A DNA stretch of 64,000 nt, from assembly GCA_963663165.1 (NCBI GenBank), contig OY760175.1, positions 5,088,001 to 5,152,000 of the forward strand, in the 5' to 3' direction. This stretch comes from an uncultured Desulfospira sp. (GTDB taxonomy: Bacteria > Desulfobacterota > Desulfobacteria > Desulfobacterales > Desulfobacteraceae). Numbering within the stretch: the stretch's first letter is position 1; every line of letters begins with the position of its first letter. Positions 10,133 to 20,905 of the stretch are shown piece by piece. The position numbers were made by a program, and so were the translations under genes. The notes under the pieces are model-generated. The model did not search any database. It was not told the DNA's origin and was given only the letters and a program-made list of their open reading frames with translations.

Positions 10133-10714
10133 TTATAAATCCCCCTTAAGTCCGATTTCTTCAGCCACCGGCTGCATGCCCCGTATGACCTCGGTGAACA
10201 GATCGGACAGTTCCATTTCCAGCATCTGTGCCCCTTTTTTGATGACCTCCCGGTCAACCCCTGCGGCAAAGGCTTTGGACTTGAATTTCTTTTTTATCGA
10301 TTTGGCCGTAATGTCCAGAACGCTTTTGGAGGGCCTCATCAGGGCCGCACTGGCCACAAGGCCGGTCAGTTCGTCAACGGCGTATAGGGTTTTTTCCAGC
10401 CGGGTTTCAGGTTCGGTATCCGAGCAGATGCCCCAGCCGTGGCTGATGACGGCCCGGATATATGCCGCCGGCCAGTGATGGGCCTCAAACAGTTCCACAC
10501 ATTTTTTGCAGTGTTCTTCCGGGTACATTTCATAGTCAAGGTCATGAACAAGCCCGATGATCCGCCACATTTCAGGGTCTTCTCCAAACTTTCCAGCAAA
10601 ATGGCCCATCACGGACTCCACGGCCAGGGCATGCCGGATCAGGCTGTCCTTTTTATTGTATTTTTTTAGAAGTTCTAAGGCATCTTCCCGGGTTGGTATA
10701 TAGGCTTCAGTCAT
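10133..10714 (-). CDS. HD-domain hydrolase
   Basis: H...GLVHDLDYE...SH...DELTG. Confidence 0.88.
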   Translation of the reverse strand: MTEAYIPTREDALELLKKYNKKDSLIRHALAVESVMGHFAGKFGEDPEMWRIIGLVHDLDYEMYPEEHCKKCVELFEAHHWPAAYIRAVISHGWGICSDTEPETRLEKTLYAVDELTGLVASAALMRPSKSVLDITAKSIKKKFKSKAFAAGVDREVIKKGAQMLEMELSDLFTEVIRGMQPVAEEIGLKGDL

Positions 10715-10859
10715 TAATTCTCCTTAAATTTTAGCTGGTTGCGTATTATCCTGTGTGAAGAATCGGTAAACCGGTAAAAATCGTAACTCTGGTTTCTGTA
10801 ACCTGCAAATATTGAAACTTTCCGGCCCGGCTGTTTAATCTCTGATTAGGCCGGCCCGG

Positions 10860-11780
10860 TTATTCTTCCCACCCATCCACCACAATAATGACCCGGCATT
10901 CTTTGAAAAACTGGTGCCTTTCCTGAAGCTTTTCAAGTTTTTTGGCATCTTTCATGCCGATCATGATGGAAGAGTCGTTTTTTCCCGATTTTCTCAACCC
11001 TTTCAGGATAATGGGGCGGGGGCCGGTCCGTTTGTGTCCTTTGGCCTTTTCAATGTCACACAGATACAGGCATGCCCCGTATTGAACGGCGAATTCGCGG
11101 CTGATAAACAAAGAGGAGTAAACTTTCCGGCCCTGCTCACTGACAATGACCGGGTACAGGACCGGGGCAACTTTAAGCCCCCTGGCATCCAGGATCAGTC
11201 CGGTATAGGGAAATTCTCCGAGGCCTTTGCCGGTTTGTTCGGTTTTTTCCGGATTGATTTCAGAAATCTGCCGGATTTCATCGGGAAGCGTCAGCTGAAG
11301 GAAACCCCCGTATATGCTGGTTTCAATCTCAATCTCTATATCAAGGGCAGAGGTATAGGTCTGGCGGACAATAAGGGCATCCCCGGCGGTTTTTTCAATT
11401 CCGGCAAGGATGACATCATTGTTGGATGCGTACTCTCCCACAGTCAGTCCGTTGTAAATTTTTACCTGTTTTAAGATTTCAATGATATGGCCGTTGGCAT
11501 TGGCCCGTGCCGATCCGGGCACGGATTCTATTTCAGATTCGGTGTTTTCCTTTGGGGCAGCCTTGCCTGTGGCGGTTATTTTCCCGTTACTCCAGTTGAT
11601 TTTTCCATTGTCAAACCGGGTGACACAGTCGGCATGGGCCATGGGCGGCAGGATGCAGGATAGAAGGGAAAGGCAAAAAAATCCGCCCCATAAAATAACA
11701 GGAAAGGTTCCCAAAGACAGGGTCCTGATGGCCGTTTTACACCATTTAACCGGGGTTGTATGGTTGAATAAAAATGTCAT
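10860..11780 (-). CDS. Conserved exported hypothetical protein
   Basis: Signal peptide ending in AHA; INWSNG and YTGLILDARG motifs; co-oriented downstream of nrdG. Confidence 0.6.
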   Translation of the reverse strand: MTFLFNHTTPVKWCKTAIRTLSLGTFPVILWGGFFCLSLLSCILPPMAHADCVTRFDNGKINWSNGKITATGKAAPKENTESEIESVPGSARANANGHIIEILKQVKIYNGLTVGEYASNNDVILAGIEKTAGDALIVRQTYTSALDIEIEIETSIYGGFLQLTLPDEIRQISEINPEKTEQTGKGLGEFPYTGLILDARGLKVAPVLYPVIVSEQGRKVYSSLFISREFAVQYGACLYLCDIEKAKGHKRTGPRPIILKGLRKSGKNDSSIMIGMKDAKKLEKLQERHQFFKECRVIIVVDGWEE

Positions 11781-11807
11781 GCTTTGGGTGACACATTTTT
11801 TTTAAGG

Positions 11808-12551
11808 TTAACGCAATTCCAGGGATTTTACCGACCCTGCCACCATTTTTCCAAGTGCCTGAAGCTCCTTTTCGGAAAAAAACCGGTTGTCATCTGTTAA
11901 AAATTGGGGATTCAGGACATCCACATTCCTTGAGCAGTTTTGAAGCACATACCGGTCAGCGCCCTGAATCATTTTCCCCATATCCTTTATAATATCTGTG
12001 GTGATAAAGGGACGGGCACATGTGGTCCGGAACTCGTAAGCCGGGCTTTTTTCCATGATCAGCCGGATGCTTTGGGGTATCCTGCTTTTGATATCCATTT
12101 GCCCTTTTACCAAACCGGGGTAATGCTCAAGGCTGGTCTTGATATCCATGGCGGTGTAGTCAATCAGTCCTTTGTCAAAAAGGCTTGCCAGTATCCCGGG
12201 CCTGGACCCGTTGCTGTCCAGCTTGATTTTGAACCCTAAAGCCCTGACTTTTTCAATGAAGGCTTCAAGGTCTTTTTGAAGGGTGGGTTCGCCCCCGGTA
12301 ATCACCATGCCTTGAAGCAATCCCTTTCTTTTCTCAAGAAATGAAAAAATATCCCGCTCATCTATTGGTTGAATTTTTCCTGTTGGTTGTCCTGGGCCGG
12401 AATCGCCGCGATCCCTTTCGACAGGGTCTGCGGCAAGTTCCGGATTATGGCAGTAGGGGCATTTAAAATTGCAGCCTATGGTAAATACCACACATGCCAG
12501 GGTTCCAGGGAAGTCAATCAGGGAATTCTTTTGGAACCCGCCGATGTCCAT
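11808..12551 (-). CDS. nrdG: Anaerobic ribonucleotide reductase activating enzyme (radical SAM)
   Basis: GCNFKCPYCHN (CxxxCxxC), ITGGEPT; directly follows nrdD. Confidence 0.92.
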   Translation of the reverse strand: MDIGGFQKNSLIDFPGTLACVVFTIGCNFKCPYCHNPELAADPVERDRGDSGPGQPTGKIQPIDERDIFSFLEKRKGLLQGMVITGGEPTLQKDLEAFIEKVRALGFKIKLDSNGSRPGILASLFDKGLIDYTAMDIKTSLEHYPGLVKGQMDIKSRIPQSIRLIMEKSPAYEFRTTCARPFITTDIIKDMGKMIQGADRYVLQNCSRNVDVLNPQFLTDDNRFFSEKELQALGKMVAGSVKSLELR

Positions 12552-12556
12552 GGCGG

Positions 12557-14662
12557 TTACGCCACCGTATACGCCTTGACCTTATAGGTCTTGCGCATGG
12601 AAAATTCGGTCTGCTTGCCGTTGTTCCACTGCCCTACCGGCCTTAAGTATCCCACCACCCTGGAGTAAATCTCCGTGTCGGCATGGCAGGTGTCGCATTT
12701 TGCATGTTCCCCGGCAATGTAACCGTGGGAGGGGCAGACGCTGAAGGTGGGGGTCAGGGTAAAGTAAGGCAGCCGGAAGGTGCTGGATACCTGGTTGACC
12801 AGGTTTTTAACCACCTCGGTGTCCCGGACCTCTTCGCCTAAAAAGAGGTGCTGGACCGTTCCGCCGGTATATTTGGTCTGGAGGGTGTCCTGAAGTTCCA
12901 GGGCCTCAAAGATATCATCGGTATAGTTGACCGGCAGGTGGGTGGAGTTGGTGTAAAACGGATCGCAACCGGTTTTATATTCGTCTTCATTGGCGCAGAT
13001 AATGTCGTGAAATTTTTTCTTGTCCAGGTTGGCAAACCGGTAGGTCGTGCCTTCAGCCGGCGTGGCTTCAAGATTGAAGATCTCATCGGTTTCTTCCTGG
13101 AGTTTTTCAATCCGGCTTCTGATATGGTCCATGACCTTTACGGCAAAGGCCTGGCCTTCATCCTGGGCAATGCCCTGGCCGAGAAAGTTGAGGCAGGCCT
13201 CGTTCATCCCGAGCACCCCGATGGTGGAAAAATGGTTGCGCCAGTAAACACCGGTGTTTTCCTTAATTTTTCTTAAGTAGAACTTTGAGTAAGGATAAAG
13301 ATCGCCGTCAGTGAATTTTTCAAGGATCTTTCGTTTAATGCTCAAAGAGTCCGCTGAAATCCGGATCAGCTTGTCCAGACGGGCAAAAAACTGGTCCTCA
13401 TTTTCAGACAGATACCCGATCCGGGGCAGGTTCAGGGTTACTACGCCAATGGAGCCGGTAAGGGGATTGGCCCCGAAAAGTCCCCCGCCCCTTTTGCGAA
13501 GTTCCCGGTTGTCCAGCCTTAAGCGGCAGCACATGGATCTGGCATCCTCGGGATCCATATCGGAATTGACAAAGTTTGAAAAATAGGGGATTCCGTATTT
13601 GCCCGTCATTTTCCAGATGTTTTCCAGGTTGGGATTGGACCAGTCAAAATCCTCGGTAATATTGTAGGTGGGAATGGGGAAGGTAAAGACCCGTCCCTTG
13701 GCATCCCCCTCCATCATGACCTCGGCAAAGGCAGCATTGATGATGTCCATCTCGTCCTGGAACTCTTTATAGGTGTGCTCTCTGTACTCTCCGCCAATAA
13801 TGACGGGGGAGTCTTTTAAGGTGGACGGGACATTTAGATCCATGGTGATGTTGGTAAACGGGGTCTGAAACCCCACCCGTGTGGGAATATTGATGTTGAA
13901 AACAAACTCCTGGAGAGCCTGTTTAACTTCTTTGGGGGTGAGCCGGTCTTCCCAGACGAAGGGGGCTAAAAGGGTGTCAAAATTGGACATGGCCTGGGCC
14001 CCGGCCGCCTCTCCCTGGAGGGTATAAAAAAAGTTGACAATCTGGCCCAAGGCGCTTCTGAAATGCTTGGGCGGAGAGGATTCTACCTTGCCGGCCACGC
14101 CCTTGAACCCTTCGAGCAGCAGGTCCTGGAGATCCCAGCCCACACAGTATACGGACAGAAGGCTTAAATCATGGATATGAATATCCCCGGAATAATGGGC
14201 CTGCCTGACTTCGGGCGGATAAATCCGGTTGAGCCAGTACTCGGCGGTGATATCTGAGCTGATATAGTTGTTGAGCCCCTGAAGGGAATAGCTCATGTTG
14301 GAGTTTTCCTTGACCTTCCAGTCCATGCGGCTGATGTAGGATTCCATGAGATCAACATTTTCTTTGATGGCGATTTTACGAATCTGGTTGTGCTGCTCCC
14401 GGTAGATGATGTATGCCTTGGCGGTTTTGTAAAACGGTGAATCCAGCAGGACCCGTTCCACAATATCCTGAATTTCTTCCACCTCGGGAATCGACCCTAA
14501 CTGAAGGTCCCGGGCAAGGGTCAGTACCCTCATGGTCATCCTTTTGGCTTCCCGGCCATTGAATTCTCCTGTGGCCTCCCCGGCTTTCTGCATGGCATTG
14601 GTAATTTTTGAAGAATCAAATTCGGCAATCCGCCCATCTCTTTTTTTAATCTGCTCAAACAT
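12557..14662 (-). CDS. nrdD: Class III ribonucleoside-triphosphate reductase with ATP cone
   Basis: IKKRDG ATP cone, SMCCRL finger loop, EATPAE, C-terminal CPSHG..CDTC and YSRVVGY glycyl radical motif. Confidence 0.95.
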   Translation of the reverse strand: MFEQIKKRDGRIAEFDSSKITNAMQKAGEATGEFNGREAKRMTMRVLTLARDLQLGSIPEVEEIQDIVERVLLDSPFYKTAKAYIIYREQHNQIRKIAIKENVDLMESYISRMDWKVKENSNMSYSLQGLNNYISSDITAEYWLNRIYPPEVRQAHYSGDIHIHDLSLLSVYCVGWDLQDLLLEGFKGVAGKVESSPPKHFRSALGQIVNFFYTLQGEAAGAQAMSNFDTLLAPFVWEDRLTPKEVKQALQEFVFNINIPTRVGFQTPFTNITMDLNVPSTLKDSPVIIGGEYREHTYKEFQDEMDIINAAFAEVMMEGDAKGRVFTFPIPTYNITEDFDWSNPNLENIWKMTGKYGIPYFSNFVNSDMDPEDARSMCCRLRLDNRELRKRGGGLFGANPLTGSIGVVTLNLPRIGYLSENEDQFFARLDKLIRISADSLSIKRKILEKFTDGDLYPYSKFYLRKIKENTGVYWRNHFSTIGVLGMNEACLNFLGQGIAQDEGQAFAVKVMDHIRSRIEKLQEETDEIFNLEATPAEGTTYRFANLDKKKFHDIICANEDEYKTGCDPFYTNSTHLPVNYTDDIFEALELQDTLQTKYTGGTVQHLFLGEEVRDTEVVKNLVNQVSSTFRLPYFTLTPTFSVCPSHGYIAGEHAKCDTCHADTEIYSRVVGYLRPVGQWNNGKQTEFSMRKTYKVKAYTVA

Positions 14663-14747
14663 CGGTCCACCCCTTGAAATCTTATTGAATTTAGCCTATC
14701 TTTCTTTTCAGAAATTGTGGAAGAAGGCACCTGATAAATCCAGAATT

Positions 14748-14794
14748 AGTCCATATGTTGGTGAATGTCAACCAAAAAAAACTATATATAGTGT
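14748..14794. promoter_or_regulatory. Tandem NrdR boxes
   Basis: agtCCATATGTTGgtg (14748-14763) and aaaCTATATATAGtgt (14779-14794), 31 bp apart, upstream of nrdD. Confidence 0.8.
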
Positions 14795-14853
14795 TTTTTT
14801 ATAATCCTAACAATTTAATAGCTAAGTGCTGACAGCTAAAGGCTACACCCCCC

Positions 14854-15090
14854 ATGCAGCTTGACCAGTCCCCCTCATTTAGACGAACCATTGCCCCATG
14901 GTATGATTCCAACACGGCCTGCTGGGCATTAATTGTTTTCATGGTTCCGGTTTTTTTATTTGCCCTGTCGGGAATTGGAACAGCCGCGGTCATGGCGCCG
15001 GACCATATCTGGTTTCCGGGTATTCTGGCTTTTTTATCCTTTTTTTTGATTCTTAAGGTGTATCTTCGGCTCAGACAGAGGTCTGATTAG
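14854..15090 (+). CDS. Small two-TM membrane protein
   Basis: 78 aa, two hydrophobic segments, basic C-terminus. Confidence 0.6.
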   Translation: MQLDQSPSFRRTIAPWYDSNTACWALIVFMVPVFLFALSGIGTAAVMAPDHIWFPGILAFLSFFLILKVYLRLRQRSD

Positions 15091-15147
15091 GGTTGTAGGG
15101 GTTTAGGCTGAAGACTGAAGGGGTTTAGGGCTGCGCATTCCTTCAGC

Positions 15148-15720
15148 CTAATGACCTTTAATTAGAATCTCAAGAAGATGATACAGGATCTTGGCGGTGG
15201 CTCCCCAGACCACCACATCCTCAAACGGGTAGGTCAGATCCATGATGTGGGGGGTGGTCCGGTGGTAGTTCTTTTCTTTGTGCAGGTTTTCAAGATAATC
15301 TAACGGAATGGTGATCACCCTGGAAATTTCCCGGGTGTCAAAGTCGATCCGGTCCTGCTGGTTCCAGAATCCGGCAAAGGCATGGATGCTGGTGTTGTTG
15401 ATGGTCTGGAAATGGCCCAAAGACCCCATGGTGGCCACATTTTTGGGGCGGATGCCCAGTTCTTCCTCCACCTCTCTGAAAGCGGCGGCCAGGGCATTGG
15501 GATCTGCCTTGTCCAGATGCCCCCCGGGGAACGCCATTTGGTTACGCCATGGATATCCCTTACGGTCCGCTTTCTGGATAAACAGCAGTTCCGGGTCCGG
15601 GTCTGCCAGAAAAAGGGCCATGACGCTGGTCTTCCGGTATCCGTTTATCGTGGGCGGTCCGGGATGCTCGGCCTGGTCAAGGGCGGTTTTAATTTCCCGG
15701 GTAAGTGCTTTTTGATCCAT
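15148..15720 (-). CDS. Nudix hydrolase, CoA pyrophosphatase type
   Basis: AFPGG..D..D....AAFREVEEELG Nudix box; VWGATA. Confidence 0.88.
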   Translation of the reverse strand: MDQKALTREIKTALDQAEHPGPPTINGYRKTSVMALFLADPDPELLFIQKADRKGYPWRNQMAFPGGHLDKADPNALAAAFREVEEELGIRPKNVATMGSLGHFQTINNTSIHAFAGFWNQQDRIDFDTREISRVITIPLDYLENLHKEKNYHRTTPHIMDLTYPFEDVVVWGATAKILYHLLEILIKGH

Positions 15721-15946
15721 TGGTCTTGGTCGAATGTTGAACTTATATTTATAATAACCCATTAATTTAACTTTAGAACGATACAGGCAAGTCAGCCTGT
15801 TGTCAAACGCTAATAACAGGCCGCCGGTTCTCTTTTTCTTGACTTTATAAGAAGGCTTTTTTATTTTTAGGGCAACCGGGGCCAGAAGGTCTCAAATTGC
15901 TTAAAAACAAAAGAAAGAAAACCCAAATTAAAACTTCAAGCCACGA

Positions 15947-15988
15947 AGGCTGTATGCAAAGGATGCGTGCGGCCTTTTTTTATTTTTT
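15947..15988 (+). terminator. Intrinsic-terminator-like hairpin in the leader of the ABC operon
   Basis: aggctgtatgc-aaaggat-gcgtgcggcct followed by a T-rich run just before the RBS. Confidence 0.5.
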
Positions 15989-16006
15989 ATGTTTAAGGGG
16001 AAAATA

Positions 16007-17119
16007 ATGAATCTAAAAAATTCTTTACGCGTTGCTGTCGGTTTTTTGGCTTTATTCGTTTGTTCCGCAGTCTGTTCTGCCAGTCAGGATATTGTGGATG
16101 CCATGGGACGAACCGTTTCCATTCCGGACAAGATTGAACGGGTCATCTGTTCAGGCCCGGGGTGCCTGCGCCTGTTAACTTATCTTCAGGCCCAGGACCG
16201 GATTGTGGGCGTGGATGACATGGAAACCCGCCGGACCCAATTTGATGCAAGGCCGTATGCGCTGGCCAATCCAAAGTTTAAAACATACCCGGAGTTCGGC
16301 AGTTTCCGGGGGCACGACAACCCCGAACAGATTCTGGTGCTGGATCCCCAGCCCCAGGTGATTTTTAAAACCTATGCCACCATGGGACACGACCCCATTG
16401 AGCTTGAGCAAAAAACCGGGATCCCCGTCATTGTCCTCAACTACGGCGACTTAGGGGGGCACCGGGACCAGCTGTTCCAGGCCCTTAAAATTATGGGCAA
16501 GGCTTTGGGACAGGACAGCCGGGCCCAGGAGGTCATCTCCTTTTTTGAAACGGCCATTACAGACCTGAAGAACAGAACCCAGGACATCCCGCCGGAAAAA
16601 CGGCCTTCCTGTTATGTGGGGGGCATCGCCTCCAAAGGTCCCCACGGCTACCAGTCCACAGAGCCCGGGTATCCCCCGCTCATGTTCATCCATGCCAATA
16701 ATGTGGCATTTGACAAAAGCCTGAAAGGCAAAGCATTGCTTCACAGCAACGTGGCCAAGGAAAAGATTGTGGAATGGGACCCTCAGATTCTGTTTCTGGA
16801 CCTTTCCACCCTTCAGATGGGGGATAAGGCCGGCGGCCTTTACGAATTGAAAACTGATCCGGCATATTCCGCCTTGACTGCGGTTATGGAAGGCAGGGTA
16901 TACGGCGTGCTGCCCTATAACTGGTATACCAGAAATTTTGGTTCCATCCTGGCCAATGCCTATTATATGGGAAAGCTGATCTTCCCGGACCGGTTCACGG
17001 ATGTGGATCCCAAGGCCAAAGCCGGTGAAATTTATACCTTTCTGATTGGACAGGATGTGTTTAATCTCATGAGTGAAAGCTTTGGGGGGCTTGCCTTTCA
17101 AGCGGTTCCGATTAAATAG
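16007..17119 (+). CDS. FeCT/BtuF-type (iron-chelate/cobalamin) ABC substrate-binding protein
   Basis: Signal peptide, DAMGRTVSIP..IERV, EQILVLDP, EKIVEWDP, AVMEGRVY motifs. Confidence 0.88.
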   Translation: MNLKNSLRVAVGFLALFVCSAVCSASQDIVDAMGRTVSIPDKIERVICSGPGCLRLLTYLQAQDRIVGVDDMETRRTQFDARPYALANPKFKTYPEFGSFRGHDNPEQILVLDPQPQVIFKTYATMGHDPIELEQKTGIPVIVLNYGDLGGHRDQLFQALKIMGKALGQDSRAQEVISFFETAITDLKNRTQDIPPEKRPSCYVGGIASKGPHGYQSTEPGYPPLMFIHANNVAFDKSLKGKALLHSNVAKEKIVEWDPQILFLDLSTLQMGDKAGGLYELKTDPAYSALTAVMEGRVYGVLPYNWYTRNFGSILANAYYMGKLIFPDRFTDVDPKAKAGEIYTFLIGQDVFNLMSESFGGLAFQAVPIK

Positions 17120-17130
17120 AAGGACATTTC

Positions 17131-18201
17131 ATGGAACTTGCCCAGAGCATAAATTATGAGGAATACGCCCGGTATGTGGGCCGGAAAACCGCCCTGCTCA
17201 TTGGGGCCGGGGTGGTGCTGGTGCTGGTGGCCGTAGTGAGTATCTCAAAGGGGGCGGCCAATCTGCCGGTGCTGGATGTGGCCAAAAGCCTTTTGGGAAT
17301 GGAAGTGGGGAAACGGTGTGACCTGATTGTCTGGAATATCCGCCTGCCACAGGTTCTGGCCGGTATTGTGGCCGGGGCCGGACTCTCCCTTGCCGGCGCT
17401 GTCATGCAGTCTGTGCTACGGAATCCTTTGGGGTCTCCATTTACCCTTGGCATATCCCATGCCGCCGCATTCGGGGCGGCTTTTGCGGTCATGATCATGG
17501 GAACCGGCACCATGGCAAGCTCCCAGGTCGGGGCCATCACCATATCAAGCCCATATCTCACCACCGGGATGGCCTTTTTATTTTCCATGGGGGCGTCCGG
17601 CGTGATTGTGGCCATTTCCCGGATGCGGGGAGCGTCGCCTGAATCCATGGTGCTTTCCGGGGTGGCCTTAGGGGCTTTGTTTACGGCCGGCACCATGTTT
17701 CTCCAGTTTTTTGCCGATGATGTTCAACTGGCCGCCATGGTGTTCTGGACCTTCGGGGATGTGGGAAGGGCATCGTGGAACGAGCTGGGCGTTCTGTCCA
17801 TTATCACCCTGGGAACGTCGGTTTTTTTTCTGCTCAACGCCTGGAACTACAATGCTGTGGATGCCGGGGATGAAACGGCCCAGGGGTTGGGGGTCCGGGT
17901 TCAGCGGGTCCGGATTCTGGGCATGATCCTGGCCTCCCTGGTCACGGCCGTGGTGGTCTCTTTTCTGGGGATCATCGGATTCGTGGGGCTGGTCTGCCCT
18001 CACATGGTCCGGCGGATTATCGGCGGGGATAACCGGTTTCTTTTGCCCGGGTCCATGCTTTTCGGCTCTATTCTGCTGCTGGGGTCGGACACGGTGGCAA
18101 GACTGATTTTAGCCCCCCACCTGTTGCCGGTTTCCATTCTGACGGCTTTCATGGGGGCACCGGTTTTTCTGGTTCTGATTGCCAGGGGGTATAAAAGATG
18201 A
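17131..18201 (+). CDS. FecCD/BtuC-type ABC permease
   Basis: IRLP, QSVLRNPLGSPFTLGIS, GIIGFVGLVCPH. Confidence 0.92.
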   Translation: MELAQSINYEEYARYVGRKTALLIGAGVVLVLVAVVSISKGAANLPVLDVAKSLLGMEVGKRCDLIVWNIRLPQVLAGIVAGAGLSLAGAVMQSVLRNPLGSPFTLGISHAAAFGAAFAVMIMGTGTMASSQVGAITISSPYLTTGMAFLFSMGASGVIVAISRMRGASPESMVLSGVALGALFTAGTMFLQFFADDVQLAAMVFWTFGDVGRASWNELGVLSIITLGTSVFFLLNAWNYNAVDAGDETAQGLGVRVQRVRILGMILASLVTAVVVSFLGIIGFVGLVCPHMVRRIIGGDNRFLLPGSMLFGSILLLGSDTVARLILAPHLLPVSILTAFMGAPVFLVLIARGYKR

Positions 18202-18953
18202 TTTTGGAAATGAGCGGCGTCAAATTCGCCTACAACGGAAGACCAATTCTAAAAGATGTCCGGCTCACTGTCGACCAGGGTGAAATGCTGGTTATCTTGG
18301 GCCCCAACGGCGTGGGCAAAACCACCCTGCTAAGATGTATCAATGCGATTTTAAAGCCCGGGGCCGGCACTATCATGGTGGAAGGGCGGAATGTGCTTAA
18401 AATGACCCCATCGGCCATTGCCCGGCGCATGGGGTATGTGGCCCAGTATCAGGCCAAAAACCGGATGACGGCCTATGATGCGATTCTCATGGGCCGAAAA
18501 CCCCATATCCGGTTTACCACCAGCAAAAAAGACCTTCAGATGGTAGACGATACCATTAAAGCCCTGGGCCTGGAAAACCTGGCCATGCGCCACATCGACC
18601 AGATGAGCGGCGGGGAGCTTCAAAAGGTGGCCGTGGGCCGGGCCCTGGTTCAGGAGCCCCGGCTGATGCTGCTGGACGAACCCACCAGCAGCCTTGATTT
18701 GAAAAACACCATGAACATCCTTAACCTGATCAAAAAGGTGGTCACAACCTACCGCTTAGGTGCGGTCATGACCATGCATAACTTAAACTCTGCATTGCGG
18801 TTTGCCGATAAATTCGTGTTTTTAAAAGACGGCATCATCCATTCGGCCGGGAGAATCAAAGATATCACCGAAGATATGATCCGGGAGGTATACGATATCC
18901 CCGTGGAGATCCTGTATCACAAGGACCGCCCCCTTGTGGTGCCCTTGAACTGA
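18198..18953 (+). CDS. ABC transporter ATP-binding protein (FepC/BtuD type)
   Basis: GPNGVGKT, MSGGELQ, LLDEPTS. Confidence 0.93.
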   Translation: MILEMSGVKFAYNGRPILKDVRLTVDQGEMLVILGPNGVGKTTLLRCINAILKPGAGTIMVEGRNVLKMTPSAIARRMGYVAQYQAKNRMTAYDAILMGRKPHIRFTTSKKDLQMVDDTIKALGLENLAMRHIDQMSGGELQKVAVGRALVQEPRLMLLDEPTSSLDLKNTMNILNLIKKVVTTYRLGAVMTMHNLNSALRFADKFVFLKDGIIHSAGRIKDITEDMIREVYDIPVEILYHKDRPLVVPLN

Positions 18954-19385
18954 CGGTATTGGGTGTCTAAAGCACCAGCCGCTTTAAATCAAAGAACATC
19001 ACCCTTGTTTCTTTTGCTATGTCTTTGTCATTGAAAAACTGGAAATCATTGCTTAAATAAAATTTCAAAACCCTATCATCCCTGCCGTAGTGCCCCTTTT
19101 TGTATGCGTCAACAGTGATCAACCGGCAACCGGTCCTGTTGTCGGTTATAAAAATTTTCTTTATCAGGTTAATCATTGAGGAGCCCAAATGCTTCTCGTG
19201 AAAAACCTTATGGATACCCAGTCTGGCTATCTTAACCGCGGGATATGCGGGATATCTTTTTTCTGGTGGCAGGTCTGCAAAAAAAATTCTGATTTTTTAT
19301 TTTCCGGCGGGCTACCGAATCATTGCATACACTGACCAGCCCAATGGGGAAAGGTAACTCTACCGTTTGGTCAGTGAATTGATAA

Positions 19386-20764
19386 GGGATGTGGTAAAAT
19401 TAAAACCCACAATTCATTCCTCATAGCATGGAATATCAACAGCCCATTTTTCAATCCCTGGAATCCGAATAATTTTGTTTTCTATATTATTCACGGCGGA
19501 CTTGACCAAACGTACCCCTGTCGGGTAAACACCTTTGATTAATTTGACGACAGGATTTTCTCCTTTCCATGTCATTGTTCGACATAGACCGAGAACCTTT
19601 TCAATTTTGTTCAGCAATTCGCCTTTCCAATGATTTTCCAAAACACCCCAAACTCGCTCTATTGGGTTGTATTTACTGTGGTACGGGGGATAGTACACCA
19701 AACTAATATTTACAAATGCTGATTTGGCAAAGTCCACGAGGCGACTAATGAATTGGCTCCTTCGGCTACTATTTTCCGGCCCATTATCAAGATTGATCAC
19801 CAGTGTATGTGGGGCGAATCTTGCGTTCAAAGAAGGCCAGAGTGATTCCAGCGCATCAATCATGAAATCAGAGGTGATGTTGCTTTCAGTGAAGTACATA
19901 TAATTTTCATCCAGAGCAGGTATGTTGATACCGAAAAGTTTCAAAAGGGAATCGGGTTTAAAATCATGGTCCGCCGCTTTAAGATTGCAACGACTATATC
20001 CGCCTCGGGAATAAGGCCCTATTTTAATAGTGGCTTTTGCGTCCATTGAGATACGTAAAACGCCATCTGTTTCATCGGCTAGTTGGTTTGTCCTATGCAC
20101 ATATTCAAAAATGATGTCTGTTTCAGGAATTTTTTTTTACCTTGGCTTTGGCGACCTTCTTCAGTTTAAAACCCAATTTATTCATTATGGTGGATAGAGT
20201 CCGTACTGTTGGCATATTCTCAGGGTCATATCCCATGTCGTCAACTAATCGACGGAATACTTCATTCGCAGATATTGGGGAATATAAATTCTGGGTACGG
20301 AATGTAGGATCAGTCTGACATATAGGGTTTACAATACGAGTTATGTCCTCTTTTAAATTCGGAAAATGTTCTAAACACGATTTCCGGCCTCGTCCGGAAA
20401 AATTATCAACACAGGTAACTCCGCTTTCTATTTCCCGTCGCCCTTTGATTATTGTTTTCCGATCCCAACCCAGTTCTCTTTCAGCCTTTAGTTGTCCGCC
20501 GTGCCCCATAAGGGAGACAACGCGTGCCATGAATTGGCGCCGTTCATGGCCTTTTAATTTGCTTCGAGTGGTATTCAGAAAATCCTTTAGTGGTGGCGTT
20601 AATTCCGATATAGTTTTGGGTAAATTGTGCTTAGAATGATCAAACATGGTCCTCCTGTATTTTTATGTAATCTTCCATGTTGACCATAAACTATCGATTC
20701 CATGTTGTCTATAGAAATCAGAATTCAGACTATGGAATTGTGGATATTAATTTTTCTGAGGCCC
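19386..20764 (-). mobile_element. ISAzo13-family insertion sequence, 1379 bp
   Basis: Imperfect 30-bp TIRs GGGATGTGGTAAAATTAAAACCCACAATTC / GGGCCTCAGAAAAATTAATATCCACAATTC; 3-bp TAA target duplication at 19383-85 and 20765-67. Confidence 0.88.
19414..20647 (-). CDS. ISAzo13-family DDE transposase in two frames joined at an A9 run (20130-20138)
   Basis: QTDPTFRT, RISMDAKA, INLDNGPENSSRRSQF, YYPPYHSKYNPIERVWG motifs; removing one A gives continuous KVKKIPETDIIF. Confidence 0.85.
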
Positions 20765-20905
20765 TAAGTTTGAGTAAGAAGTTCTTCTCTGTGGGCGACG
20801 GCGTCCTCTTTGAAAAATTGATTAAGGTCGTCATCCCCACAGTCGAAGTCTTTCAGGTGTTCGAAAGATTTTATTTTTGTGAAAGACCACCCATCTTCTT
20901 CGATA

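Noticed and set aside
20765..20767. Second apparent in-frame TAG in the GNAT gene (ACT TAG, minus strand)
   Set aside because: Created by the IS junction (TA from the target plus G from the TIR); the original codon was TAT, so it is not recoding evidence.
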